The position numbers and the translations under genes are program-made. Positions 13,201 to 26,323 of a stretch of DNA of 64,000 bases are shown here, one piece after another (within the stretch, counting starts at the first letter, position 1; each line of letters opens with the position of its first letter). The notes below the pieces were generated by a model. It was not told where the DNA came from and did not search any database. It saw only the letters and a list, made by a program, of their open reading frames with translations. The stretch lies in assembly GCF_964204865.1 (NCBI RefSeq), contig NC_135250.1, positions 6,882,001 to 6,946,000 on the forward strand, given 5' to 3'. Source of the stretch: Styela clava (Eukaryota).

Positions 13201-13611
13201 ATCACAAAAAGCAGTTTTTCAAAGAAAAAAGTTGCGCAAGTTTGTAAAATTTTTCAAAGGGGGCGCGGCTTAAAAAGTTTAGGAAACACTGACCTAGTCG
13301 GTAGCGAGAAATCTCTCCTACACGTTTTAAATGACTAATAATCTATGTTTTGCAGTTATTTTGATTAAAAACGCGTTACTTTTTGGTATACAGAAATATA
13401 GGTTTCATATTTTGTATATTTGAAAATTTTGTAATTCTCTACTCTCGAATGAAAATATGAGATATTCCCCGAAAATAAGCCCTAGGTAGAATTATGATAT
13501 CTGGAGAGACGAAATCCCTGACAAAATTTTAATGAGGCGCGTAGGCCAAATTTGCCACCGAAACATCTATACTGTATTGTATTATGGTATAAATTTACGA
13601 TGTATCTAAAG

Positions 13612-14801
13612 CAGAGGTTCTCAACCTGGGGTTCGCGAGCCCCAGGGGTTCACGAGAAGATTTCCAGAGGTACTTGAATGACAGTTGAGTATTTTTGTGT
13701 TGCTATTTTCAATTTCCTTTACTATCAGAGGAAAATGCGTGCCGATTGAAACTCGCGTGTCTTTTCCCTGATCTTGCGTTGTTGGGACTCAACAATGTGA
13801 AATCCACAATGTGTTGTTTGCTCCTCGAATTGAGAAACTTATTTGCAATAAACAGGAACAGTCTTCACACTAATGTTCTGTATAAATGAAATGAATACTT
13901 TTGTTTAATGCAATTTAAAACAGTGGTTCCCAACCTTTCTGGCGGACCGGTAAAATTAAATAAAATGTACTTGCGGACCGGCAAAAAATGTAAATAAGTG
14001 GAATAGAGAATAATAACTTATATTTGCAAAATGTAATGTAATGGTTAGCACTTGAAAAAATTTCACATGAATAAAAATAAATAATGCGCCGGCCAAAAAT
14101 TGGAATAAGAATATCAAACTTTCTCCTGAAGAAACTTATTCTCCTCGTTCTTATTAAAAAAAATCAAAATACTTTTGTTAACTGATCTCTTAATAAGCCT
14201 TCTGCAGTTAATCAACGCATCAAACCTGCAGGGTCGCATCAGGCTCATATTTTACTGGATGTCATGGCGAAGCCTTGAAATATTATTTTGTCCATGACTG
14301 TTTTCTGGTTTGAACAAAGAAATATTCATAACCTTTTAAATGGAAGTTCATATTAAGCAAGAAAAGCTTGCAGAACAGAAAAAATACATGTGCCGATCTT
14401 TGGCTTTCTTAATCTTGCCAGATTTGACGGACGATTCGCGATGAATCGGAACCGAAAAAATGAAAATTGTGATTAAAGACGTCGGCGGGCCTTTGATACC
14501 ACAAACAGAAATATGTCGGCGAAAGAGAAATTGCATAATAAACAAACACAACGTCGTTATTCCGGGTTCGTAAAGCGAGTGAGACGACTGAGAAACAACA
14601 AAATTTTTCGCAGACTGACAAAAAAGCTCCCAGTGCCAGTCCGCAGACTAGGGGTTGGGAACCACTGCTTCAAAACACAGTTTAAAAATTATTAGTTAAT
14701 ATATTATAAATTTACAACCTTGTTTGATGTCTGATTACTGGGGGGTTCGTGTTGATTATTTCATGGGGGGTACTTAACAGAAAAAAGGTTGAGAACCCCT
14801 G
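13612..14801. mobile_element. hAT-type MITE (outer element)
   Basis: TIR CAGAGGTTCTCAACC / GGTTGAGAACCCCTG with near-TSD ATCTAAAG/ATCTAAGA. The empty site is at ~56090. Confidence 0.8.
13921..14667. mobile_element. hAT-type MITE nested in the 13612-14801 element
   Basis: Perfect TIR CAGTGGTTCCCAACC / GGTTGGGAACCACTG with degenerate 8-bp TSD ATTTAAAA/CTTCAAAA. Confidence 0.8.
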
Positions 14802-15562
14802 ATCTAAGAGCACAAGTCGTTTTCTCTTGGAAATAGAATAAATACAGAACAAAACGAAAGGAGCCAAATTGTTGCTTAATTAATCTTTAGCAATTAGTGA
14901 CTAAACCCTTGCACGGAATAAAGTAGGCCTACAGGTAAAGCAATCAAAATATTTTTTGGAAGAAAATTGAAATAAGTCCCAGCCGGGGAAAACACAGTAT
15001 ACAATGTTAAACATAACAAAAAGTAACGCTGTAATTGTAATAGATTTGAACAGCGTAGTAACGAAGTTTTTTCATAAATCTTTTGTTAAAAAAAGGATTA
15101 CCTTTGTTTCCGCTAGACTCGTACCGGTAAATTGTAGACTGAGTAGGCTAGTTGGCCAGACTTTGACTTTCAAGTAGAGATTTCAGGCGACACCGAAGCA
15201 GATACCGGTCTCTGCATCACTTTACAGGCAGACCTCCCTATCAGGCGGCAAGTTTGGAATCGCATTGAAGATGGTGGTTACGTGAAAGTATGGCCTTCAT
15301 ACGAAGCATAGGCAATTTAAAGGTAGTTTTTGTGTGCATGTATTTTCGATTTATTTGAGTCCATATCTTTGAGCATCGCTCCTCGTTTTGACGTGACTTT
15401 GTTTTTTCTTGAATTGATAAGAATTATGTCATTGATAAACAGAGAATCTCGTAACGTCTGTATTTTGATATTGCACAGACTGAACAACGTGGAAACGTGC
15501 GGAGTACATTGCAAAACGTAGGGAATTATTCCCTTTTGCCTACATTCCCGATTTAGTATTGC

Positions 15563-15570
15563 TTTATCTG
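15563..15570. promoter_or_regulatory. Candidate GATA site about 45-50 bp upstream of the lipocalin ATG (representative copy)
   Basis: WGATAR (TTATCT on the sense strand) is kept at the same position in copies A, D, E, F, G, H (AGATAG variant), L and M, and is lost in I. Confidence 0.3.
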
Positions 15571-15613
15571 AGCATATTTCATCATTTTGTTGGAGACAGT
15601 CGAACGAGCAACA

Positions 15614-17995
15614 ATGATCATCTCAAGTTGTGTCTCCACTTTGATCGTTTGCTTGTTGTTCAATCCGGCAGTTGGAAAACCAGGATACCATCGTGAAAAC
15701 GAAAATTGCGCGTTGCCCGTTTTTGACGAAGTCAATTACAATATGGTAAGCATTCATGAAAATTACTGAATTGAGTTGAACGAAAAATTACTTGACGATT
15801 GAAAGAGTTTAATTGCGCCACCAGCTGTACCATTTCAATTTTCTAGCTTATTCTTTAAAAATCTTGTATCACTATATTCCAGCTTCCTGATTCTTGGTAT
15901 CAAATTCTGAACACCAAGGATCTACTTGAACGTGGTGTGCCCTGTTATGCGATCAAATATTTCAAAGAAACTTCTGACGGAATTTTTGCTGAATTTCAGG
16001 ATATTTCATCAGTGGAAAAGTGAAAAAAATTGATATACATAAATATTTTATTATATAATGTTCACCTACTACTCGATTAAGTTATGCATTGCTTCATTGG
16101 GCTTTGCGATAATTGGAGTTAAATACGTATGTCAACCAGTGGCATTAACAACTAACAATAGCGAATAAATACGAACGATAGAGATTGGTTAACTTTTAAA
16201 ATGGGAACAAACCGACGTATTTTTGCTTTTTACTTTTTTGCCACTTATCGAGTTGTTTACGGATTGAGCCAAAATTGTGTTGGCACTGTGAAATTGAGGC
16301 AAAGTTTCTACATCAGAACTATAAATTTCTCGCTTTTTTTTCACTGAAAATAGGTCTGATATTTTCTGAGTTTAAGATTTATAAAAGTTGTAACAGCCGA
16401 CGAACTGGTGTAAGAAATCGTACTAGAATGAATTATATAGACTTAGCGAAATGCTAAATCAGATATCTGATGAATTAATATTGAGAGTGGTATACGATAT
16501 AACGTTTGTAAATAAATGTTTCATGACCTAAATAAAATAAAGGAAGTAAAAATTTTCAATTTTCTGAGTAACGGCTTATATTCAACATGATTTTTTCTAT
16601 GCAGAGGTACAATGTCAATTAGCGCAGTCATACCATTCCGTTGGTATCAGAATGGAAACTCAATCATAAGATACGACACAAGTTTTGGTTTGTAAATAAA
16701 TTGTATTACATTTATATTTGTCTTTTGAACTATTATAACAAATGATTGGTTTTCTGCAGAATATTTGTGGTCAAATTGGGCAAAACATAACGGAACAAAT
16801 GAACATTCTTTGGAAGGTAAATTCGTATGATAACTTTTATTTTTACAGTAACTCAGGTTACTTAAAATTATTTTAGATAAAAAAAAAATTAATCAGATCA
16901 GATGTACTCAGAAAACAACAATGTAGCTAATTTATATAAATATATATAAATTTTGCTCAAAATGAATATAATAATGAATCCTTTTTACTTATTTCACTGA
17001 TTTAAGTGCCACCAATAGTTATTTACCTTCCACAATAAGTTGTATTTGTGTACGCTTTAATTTTTTCTGGGATTATCTGGGAAAGATACAGACGTTCTTC
17101 AGTCCGTAAATGCCTAATTTGCTCTGTCTTGGGTGATAAATATAACTTTAAAACAAGATTGTGCCAAAGTTAAAAAAAAAACTCGATGTTGAACCGTTAA
17201 TGAACAAACGTATTCTTAAGCTACAATCTTTGACTGGATATCAGAACGGTAATGCATAGAGTAAGATAATGACAGATCTAATCAATAAATGGTGCTCCTG
17301 AAGTGTGCGCACCAAGATGTCGCATAACTTGAACCCTAACCTGGTACACAACCTGAGTTCATATTGTGCGCCATCTTGGTGCGCATACTTCAGGACCCAA
17401 TAAATACACTTTCTTGTATTGCAGAGATGCATTACTTTAAGGAGCATTTGTCGAGTTGCTTCACGGATTACGAACATTATTTCATGTGCTTGCAGTGTGG
17501 TGGAGAAGGTCAGTATTGATTCCAGCTAAATACTACAGCTAATAATACAATCAAATATCAGTATAATATCAGAAATAGAACTCGAACCTCCGGGAAACAT
17601 TCACCAAATTGTACTCTTGTAAAAATCACGTTTCCATTTGATGAAATCAAAACTGACAATTTCATGATTGCTTATATACGGGTTTGATCGAAGAAGGAAG
17701 CGGGTTTGCTTCCAAGGCTAATTTGGAAAAGGCAGCAGTTGTTACCATTTTAAATCAAGCGATTTTATTTATGTCGATCATTCTGCATTGGCAATGTATC
17801 ATCTAACTGCTTTCCAATTCTCACTTTTCAGGTCCAAGGTATATATGGGTTCACAGTCGTAATCCACATCCCACTGCAGAAGACATTTTACGAGTACACA
17901 ACAAGCTTGTTACAATCGGTGGTGGCTGGAGCGCAGTTCCCTTGTACTTATCCGACTGTCATAAATTTAGCATGCCTGAAACAATTGCTTATTAA
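15614..17995 (+). CDS. Secreted lipocalin (ApoD-like), copy D, intact, 218 aa
   Basis: Exons 15614-15745, 15883-16019, 16605-16687, 16760-16816, 17425-17508, 17832-17995. All introns are GT-AG, the frame is open, and the DSWY, TDYEHY and WVHSR motifs are present. Confidence 0.88.
17291..17397. mobile_element. 107-bp palindromic MITE in intron 4 of gene D
   Basis: Arms CCTGAAGTGTGCGCACCAAGATG / CATCTTGGTGCGCATACTTCAGG with 8-bp TSD CAATAAAT. It is absent from the sister fragment B (~8010). Confidence 0.8.
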
Positions 17996-18655
17996 TATTG
18001 CCTATATATTTGTTAACCAAGTGTATTTGTATTTACCAAATATAAATATTTTATCTATTCTATGTAAATATTGCCATGCAATGTTAGCGTAACCAAGTCA
18101 TCGTTTATTTGGAAATATATGTTTTAGGATTACATGATTCTGATATGAAAAATCTATTTGCTCTAACTAACCATTTAACGAATCGTCCGTAGTTGATGAA
18201 TTTAAACAATAACAGTATCATTTCATAAATCTTTTGTCAGGAATAAGAGTAACTTTAAGACATCAAATAAAATAACTATAACTTTCAACCACTAGTCACC
18301 TTTTTTAATAGCAGTAACAATGTCTTTCCTTAGTAAAAAATAGTTTAATTCTAGGCCAAGAAATAAAAATTACTAGAACATTTAACATATAGTCAGCTTT
18401 TGCTATTTTATTTGCAAGAAACTCTAGTCGTGGGAACTGTCTGAAGTTGGATTCAGGTACACGTGTCTTAGGTTAATCGTAGGCTATGTAGCAGGTCAGA
18501 CCAACAAGAGAGCTATGCTCAAATTTGTGGACACGGAGGGAAAAACAAAATATTTCATCACTAATTCCCCGAAAATCATATGCGGTAACTTACCAGTACC
18601 TGTATCGCAGTACCGTGACGGTACGGGGACTGTCATTGCTTTTTCAGGTCCTGTG

Positions 18656-19570
18656 TAGGGTTGACACCTTAGTGTTAAACCATTCCGGGACACCTTAACG
18701 TCTAGAATTTAAAACCCGATTAAATAGAAGCTTGTGAACACGAAAGACATCAAAAGCAACAGTGCGCTGCGCGTCAAAGAGTAATGATCGTGCAGCGTTA
18801 TTTTCACAAACACCAAGCCTCTAAATAATTATCATAATCAAAGAAACTTGTGAAATGTTGAATCTTTGGAGCATAAAAGCAAAAAACCACTAAAACAGGG
18901 AAAATGCACAACTATTGCCAAGTAGTCTGTCTGATATTTAAATTTGTATATTTCTTGTGATTTTGTCGCTTTAATTGGGAAGATTTTGTCTTTGCTCATG
19001 AACTCGTTGCATGACATATAAAAGTTCAATTTCATCATAAGTTCAACTTTAACGAGATTAAAGTTTAGTTTGTTTCTACTGTTGTTCCAAAGTGCATTCA
19101 TAAATTCGCGTTTGGCACTGAAATTGACAACACAAATAACACAAGACGTAACAGTTGTGTATCGTCTGGCTGCTGAGTGGCAAATAACTTCACCCATCTG
19201 TTTGAAACGTCATCAGTTAAACGTAAAATTTCACTGCGAACCTTTCTCAGCGCACACAGTTCTTCATACAATTTATTTCAGTCGAGACTTATGCCCAAGC
19301 GTTCAACAAGTGACAACAGGCCTGACCATTCAATGTCATTTTAAAGAGCAAGTGGGGCTATATCCTTGGAACACGAATGCTCCTAATCATACTATTTATG
19401 TAAGTATCACAAACTGCGTTGGAAAAAATGGTCAACTTACATAGCTTTCAATTTTATAACGCCGTGGTTGTCATTAAATTTCGGGACAACCGTAGCCTAG
19501 CCCGGGACACATGAAGCCAGACGTCAATTCCCGGACTGTCCTGGTCATTCCGGGGCGGTTGGTAGCCCTA
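18656..19570 (-). mobile_element. Internally deleted hAT transposon retaining a dimerisation-domain remnant
   Basis: Termini TAGGGTTGACACC / GGTTGGTAGCCCTA. The minus-strand ORF 18838-19197 contains MNALWNNSRNKLNFNLVKVELMMKLNF, resembling the hAT C-terminal dimerisation motif. The empty site is at ~37130. Confidence 0.65.
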
Positions 19571-19599
19571 GCCGGTGACGAAGATCCGCAGTCTACCAT

Positions 19600-20232
19600 T
19601 TAAGTTAAGTTTTTTGCTAAGCAGGCAACTACCATAAAGTGGATGACATATTATAAAACATCAAGCAATATCATTTATCAGATCAGTTATTTCAGATGCA
19701 TTCTAACCGCGGATGAAATACAACATTTCTTGGGTAAAATGCGACTTATTCCACTTATTTAAATTTTCAAAGATAGAATATAAATTTTAAATAAATGTAT
19801 CATTCGGTAAATTTGAAATTGCATTGAAGATGATGGAGTTATCTTGAAATTAGAGCTTTTATACGAAGCTAGGCACTTCGAAGGTAGTGATTTGTGTGCA
19901 TGTATTTTAGGTTTATTTAAGTCCATACCTTTAAGCATCGCTCCTTGTTTTGCCGTGACTTTGTTTTTGCCTGAATTCACAAGAATGATGTCATTGACAA
20001 ACAGAGAATATCGTAACGTCTGCATTGCGATATTGAATGAACTGAACTTGCAGTGGAAACGAGCGTAATATGTTTTGCATTTTATGTAGCGTGTGAGAAA
20101 AACGCAGCGAAGAACCTAACTTTGTCGGCATTCCCGAATTTTTATCTGGGCATATTTCATCATTTCGTTGAAGACGGTCGAACGAGTAACAATGACCTTG
20201 TCAAGCTGTGTCTCCATTTCGATCGTTTGCTT
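19600..20232 (+). pseudogene. Lipocalin 5' flank plus truncated exon 1
   Basis: The conserved upstream block is followed by an ATG at ~20192 (MTLSSCVSISIVCL) that breaks off after about 14 codons. It is most similar to the G/M upstream regions. Confidence 0.7.
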
Positions 20233-20408
20233 AACTGAGGGATAGTGATCACTTATTTAGGCCTACTTGCATTAACATGATAAAAAAATCCAGATTCCTT
20301 AACGAAGCTTGTGCTGCATAATTACAGCCCTACTTGTGATATTACTGTAGGACTTAAGTACACAGGCATGGACATAAAAATTTCCATCGCATTGTTGTGG
20401 TTCTATTG

Positions 20409-20682
20409 GGGTGTCTACAAAATGTCCGTGCCCCACTTGTACCACGTGTTCCACTTCTCCCACTTGTACCGCGTTTCCCCCTTGTACCACGTTTCCCACT
20501 TGTACCACGTTTCCCACTCGTACCACGTTCGGGACACGTTGGACAAGTTGGAAAGGACATTTTAAAGACACCGGTCCCACTTGTTCCGTGTCCCAATTCT
20601 CTGTGACACGTGGTACAATTGGGACACGTGGAACAAGTGGGACATGTGTGACAAGTGGGACACGACATTTTGGAGACACGGG
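20409..20682. repeat. Foldback-like element built from 9/18-bp subrepeats
   Basis: Tandem CCACTTGTA/CCACGTTTC units in the left arm are mirrored in the right arm. The terminal inverted repeat is GTGTCTACAAAATGTC / GACATTTTGGAGACAC. Confidence 0.7.
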
Positions 20683-22283
20683 TACTATTGTAACTATCTG
20701 AAATATATTGAGAAATGCGTAGCAAACACCACAAACTCGGTACAATGCAAGTTTGTTGGTTAACTGATAATAATTGTGGTTGTTCAACATGAAACTAAGG
20801 AGTGATGTCAGGCGACTTGTAAAATGTTTAAAACCGAGATATTTTTGAGGATGGAAGTGATCGGAGCACTTGTAGTGGTGACAAGATGAATCGATTTAGC
20901 ATTAAAAAACATGACATATTTAAAGCAGCTGATTCTAAATTTTTTATTGGTTATATAATCACCTTCCGACTTCTAAAGCTTGAATATATATTTTGTAAAA
21001 TATTTCTGCATTTCTAGAATTTTGGTTGGTCTGATTTTGGTTGGATGCATTAACATAAATGTTGGCAAAATGTTTACAGAAGCTGCCTACGTCCCAATAC
21101 TTCATCATAGTCCAATCATTGACTGTAGATGTAATAAATGTATGATATTATAAATTGAAATATTATAAATCATGCAATGAACAACATATATGCAGACATG
21201 CCACACAAAAATTTAAAAAAAGGAATACCCTTTCACTTTTTTACCAATGCATATATAGAAATAAAGAAATTGGAATATATACAGAAAATTTGCATGTCTT
21301 CCATTTTTTGAACTTGCAGATTACAATTTATATGCGTCTTGTGTTGTTAATTCAGTAACAGCAAAACAAAACATATTAGTTCTTGGTAAAGGGTCATGTT
21401 TTCCTGACAGACAGAGACATAATAACACACTCTGGAGAATTGTATGACCTGCCGATTGCATCTAAATTTTCACAAATTAAACTATCAGTCGAGTACCAAA
21501 GTCTGTTTGCAGGTTCAGTTGAGTAGCGGTGCACCGGTATATGAAAGTTGGCTTCGTTTGTGTTATATATAGTCTTTAGCTTTACGTACGTTGCGCCACC
21601 ATGTGGCTTGCCGCCAGGCTTGTCCAATCTTTTTTGGCTGAATCGGTCGGTTGAGCATATATGCATGCGAAGATGAGACCGCGCTCCTCATTTGTGGAAG
21701 TTTATAGCGTTTAAACAAACAAATACCATAAAATGAATGGAGTTTTAGGAAACACCATTATAGAATAGGCAATATTACCTCATATTGTCTCCAATGGGAA
21801 TTATTTTGAATGCTTCTTAACCTAAATGTGATTCATTTTCATTTTTATAGATAGAATATAAATTTCCCGTAGCAAATAAATGTATTATTCGTTAAATTTG
21901 ACACCGCATTTAGGATGGTGACGTTACCTTGAAATCAGGGCCTTTATACGAAGTTAGGCACTTTGAAGCTGGTGATTTGTGTGCATGTATTTGAGGTTTA
22001 TTTGAGTCCATAGCTTTGAGCATCGCGCCTTGTTCTACCGTAACTTGTTTTTGCCTGAATTGACAAGAATGATCTTATTTAAAAGCAAAGAATCTCGTAA
22101 CGTCTGCATTTTGATATTGCATAGACTGAACATGCAGTGAAAACGTGTGCAGTGCATTGCTCGTTAAGCAGCATTTGAGAAAAACGTGGAGAAGTACTCT
22201 CCCTTCTTCTGACATTTCCAATTTAATATTGCTTTATCTGGGCATATGTTATTATTTCGTTGAAGACTGTGAAACGAGTAACA

Positions 22284-24707
22284 ATGATCTTCTCAAGTTG
22301 TGTCTCCATTTTGATCGTTTGCTCGTTGTTCAACCCGGTGGTGGGAAAACCAGGATATCGCCGTGAAAACAACAATTGTGCATTGCCTGTGTCGGATGAA
22401 GTCAATTATAATATGGTGAGCATTCATAAAAATTATTGAATTGAGTATTGAACAAATACTGACGATAAAAGGGGTTTAAATCACGCCACCAGCTGTATAT
22501 ATCTACGTAAGAAATGTATCTCTTCTATATTGAAAAATTTGATTAGGGATTTAACCACGTAGTCTTAGAGAATTTTCCAACATCTTCTGAGAAAATCTTG
22601 CATCACTATATTGCAGCTTCCTGATTCTTGGTATCACATCCTAAACACCAATGATCCAGTTGAACGTGGTGTGCCATGTTATGCATTCAAATATTTCAGA
22701 GAAACTCCCGACGGAATTTTTGCTGAAATCCAGGGTATTTCATCAGCGGAGAAGTAAAGAATTTTTATATCCTTAAATAATTTATTATAAAATGGTCAGG
22801 CTTACTTGCTAATCGATTTCTGTAAGCATTTTCTTATGATTCTTTGCTATAGGAGGTAAAAAAATTTTCAACCGGGATTAAGCGCCGTTAATAGCTGACA
22901 ATAGCGAATATAGTCGAACGAATAGATTTAGGTGAACTTTTGAAATGGGTACTTTAGATCCGAAATGGAACACACCGACGTATCATTGCTTCTAACTTTG
23001 TCGTCCGGTCAGTATTGAGTTGGTTACGAATTGAGCCAAAATTAAATTTGCACCTCGATACTGAGCTAAAGTTTTTCCTACCAAAAATATAAATCTGGCT
23101 TTTTCAGTGAAAATCTGTCTGACATTTTCTGAATTTAAGATTTACAAATGTTGTAACAGCCGACGAACTGGTGTAACAAATCATAGTAGAATGAATTCAA
23201 CCGGATATCCGATGAACTGATGCTGGGAGTGATTTAAGATATTACTTTTGTAAATGAATGTTTCATGACTGACGTAAAGGAAGTTACAGATTGAATTTTT
23301 AATTTTTGAGTTTGGGCTTACGTTTAACATATTTTTTTCTACACAGAGGAACAATGTCAATCAGCGGAGTCATACCATTCCGTTGGTATCAGAACGGAAC
23401 TTCAATTACAAGATACGACACAAGTTTCGGTTTGCAAAAAAATTTCACTTACACCTATTAAATTTATATTTAAACAACTCCAAACTTACATGAAAAATGA
23501 TCATTTTTTGCAGAATTCTTGGGGATGGATGTGGAAAAACGTAACGGAGCGTCGGGAGGTGAACTCTTATGATAATTTCATAATTTTGCCCTAAATTATT
23601 TTAGTTGAAATATTGATGCAAAATCAGATGCACTCAGAAAACACCTATGTTACAAATAAAAATAGTCGTGCCCAAAAATGTAAATCAAAAATATTTGAAC
23701 AATTACCATTTTTCTACTGCTTTAAGTGCCATGGACCGTTATTCATATTAGATTGTATACGCCCTAATTATCTTTTTCCAATTCGCTCGAAAAAATACAG
23801 AAATTCTTCAGTCCATAAATGCCCAATTTGTACTGTTTTTGGTAATGAATATTATTCTATTATTCTAAGTAAGTGCCAAAGTTCAAACAACCCTAATGTT
23901 GAACTCTTATTGAACAAACTTATTCTCAAAATACAAGCTTTATACTACTAGACATATGTACCCAACGTGAATGCATAGAGAAAGATAATGACAGAGCTGG
24001 TTAATACATACACTTTCTTGCATTGCAGAGATGCAGGACTCTTATGAGCATCCGTTCAGTTGCTTTACAGATTACGAGCATTATTTATTATGCTTGCAGT
24101 GTGGCGGAGAAGGTCGGTATTGATTTCAACCAAATACTTTCCTGCTTTAATACAAACAAATATCAGTTTAACATTGTATTCTTAAATACTGTACATTCAC
24201 CAAGCCTTGCACGGGAAGTTTAGTTATAATACTCGGATTTTAATTATTGAGAAGATATTTCGATTCACAATTTTCTCACTTTAAATCTATAGAATTTTTC
24301 GTTCTTTGTTATCTGCCAATAATATGGATGTTTACCCCAGGAAAATACTTTCTAAACATCGACACAGAAATAAATAAGAAACTCGAACCTCTTGGAAACA
24401 TGACATTGCATTCTTTTAAAAATTGTATGTCAAAAACACGTTCCCATTTTTGAAATCAAAATTAATTCACTTGGTCATTTGGGAAATCAATTACTTTGTA
24501 TTGATAGCGTAATGTGAAAAGACTTTCAATTCTTACTTTTCAGGTCCGAGGTATATATGGGCTCTCAGTCGTAATCCACATCCCACTGGAGAAGATATTC
24601 TACGCCTGCACAACAAGCTTGTAACAATCGGAGGTGGCTGGAACGCTGTTCCCTTGTACTTATCAGGCTGTCGTAAATTAAGCATGCCAGAAACAATTGC
24701 TTATTAA
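22284..24707 (+). CDS. Secreted lipocalin (ApoD-like), copy E, intact, 214 aa (short exon 4)
   Basis: Exons 22284-22415, 22617-22753, 23347-23429, 23514-23558 (45 nt, EFLGMDVEKRNGASG), 24029-24112, 24544-24707. All introns are GT-AG and the frame is open. Confidence 0.87.
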
Positions 24708-25968
24708 AATGCTAATGTCTATACATATTTGTCAACCAAGTGTGTTTAAATTTACCTATTACTAAAGTATTATTTTTAATATATATAATCGATGTTATAC
24801 CATGCTGAACATATCAAAAAAGTAACCCAGTAATCGCACAACCTATTTGAAAATGTAAGTTATGAAATAAGTTTTGTTCTAACTAATGACATCGCCTTTA
24901 AATTTAAGACGGGCGTAATAAAATTGTTAGAACATTTAACAATAAAAATTAATAATTAAAGCCAGATTTTGCCTTTTCCTTTATAAACAAAGTCGTAGGG
25001 ACTATGTTCGAATCTAAACGCCTCATCCGGCAAATCGTAGTCTGTCAATTGTAGTCAAGTATCAGGTCAGACATTGACTTTAGATCAGAAATATTACGCT
25101 ACAGCATTAACGCATCCGAGTCAGACACCGGATTATTCATCAGTGCCTTTTGAATGCGAATCTTCTGATGAAATTTGCAAGCATAGCTTACAAAAAATTT
25201 TGGACTGGTCTTACGTACGTTGCGCTGTCCTATCTTATTTGGCTGACTCGGTTGTACAGATATTTTTCGAAATAGATGCTTGGGTATAATTTGTCTTTTT
25301 TTCTGTCCAAGCCATAACGAAGTATAATCATGATCTGTGTTTCTTCGTCGGGAAGAAATTCCTAGAACGAAGAAATGAACTATAATGCAGGTCAACGCAT
25401 CCGGCTACTGTACCAACGTTTCCCGTTCGTTCCGTTTAGACGAGGAGTGTGCAACCTTTATTACAGGAGGGTCAGATGCAAATAAACTGGATGAATCCGC
25501 AAACCGCACTTTTATATAGGCTTTCTAGTAGTTTCACGAACATAACATTTGGTTAATGATCTCATGATATGCGTTGTTCGCTTGGCACAAGCTATGGCTG
25601 TTGCACACCCTTTTTGTGAATTTTTCAAGTCTCGCGCCTCACTTCAAAATTAACTAGCCAACAAAAAGCTACAAATATAAGATAGTACGGCGAAAGTATA
25701 TATGATTTATTCAAAAAACACGTTGAAAATACGTGGATGGAACGTAAATATACAAAATAAAGAAAAGTAAATATCCAATATAAGGCGCACAAGATAAAAT
25801 ATTTTCATTTTTAATTAGCTTCACGTGAACTGACTTTTCTGTTTCTCATCCCTAGCATGGATATGCAATATAACTTATATAAACAAATCCGAATGCTCGA
25901 CTTAAAGAGAGGTGTGAATGGGACTTTCAAGTGAGAACTCACGTTTGACATGATTTTTCCTATGTAGG

Positions 25969-26323
25969 GGAACAATGTTAATGAGCGGATTCATACCCTT
26001 CAATCACAAAATTCGACTCACGTTTCGGTTTGTGAAAAATATTACACTAAATGAATTTATGTTCCAAAACATTTTATGCATTTTCTTTTTCTTTAATATT
26101 TACTGTTATACTTAATCACGAGTGTCCCTATTAGATAACCAGTAGTGTTCTGCGCGGTTCACACTGAACTGCCATTTTTTGCTTTATTTTCGTTATTTTG
26201 TTCGTGCAAAGTGTATTTTCAGAAGGGTGAAAAAATGACCTACTGATTACTTTGACCACAATTCATTATTCTTTTTTTAGAATTTTTGGGAGTTAAATGA
26301 GGCAGGTTTAATTGCTTTGGAAG
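25969..26323 (+). pseudogene. Lipocalin relic (deleted exon 3, frameshifted exon 4)
   Basis: A degenerate exon 3 with an internal deletion ends TTCG|gtttgt. A 43-nt exon-4 remnant lies at ~26281-26323. This is the inverted twin of pseudogene J. Confidence 0.6.

Noticed and set aside
16360-16415. Conserved AG..GT-bounded block in intron 2 as an extra exon
   Set aside because: Exon 2 (phase 2) joins exon 3 in frame without it, and the block is deleted in the intact copy H.
20299-20790. Metallothionein-like or antifreeze-like Cys/Thr repeat ORFs, or a CRISPR-like array
   Set aside because: This is a 9-bp minisatellite within an inverted-repeat element. It has no unique spacers and the context is eukaryotic.
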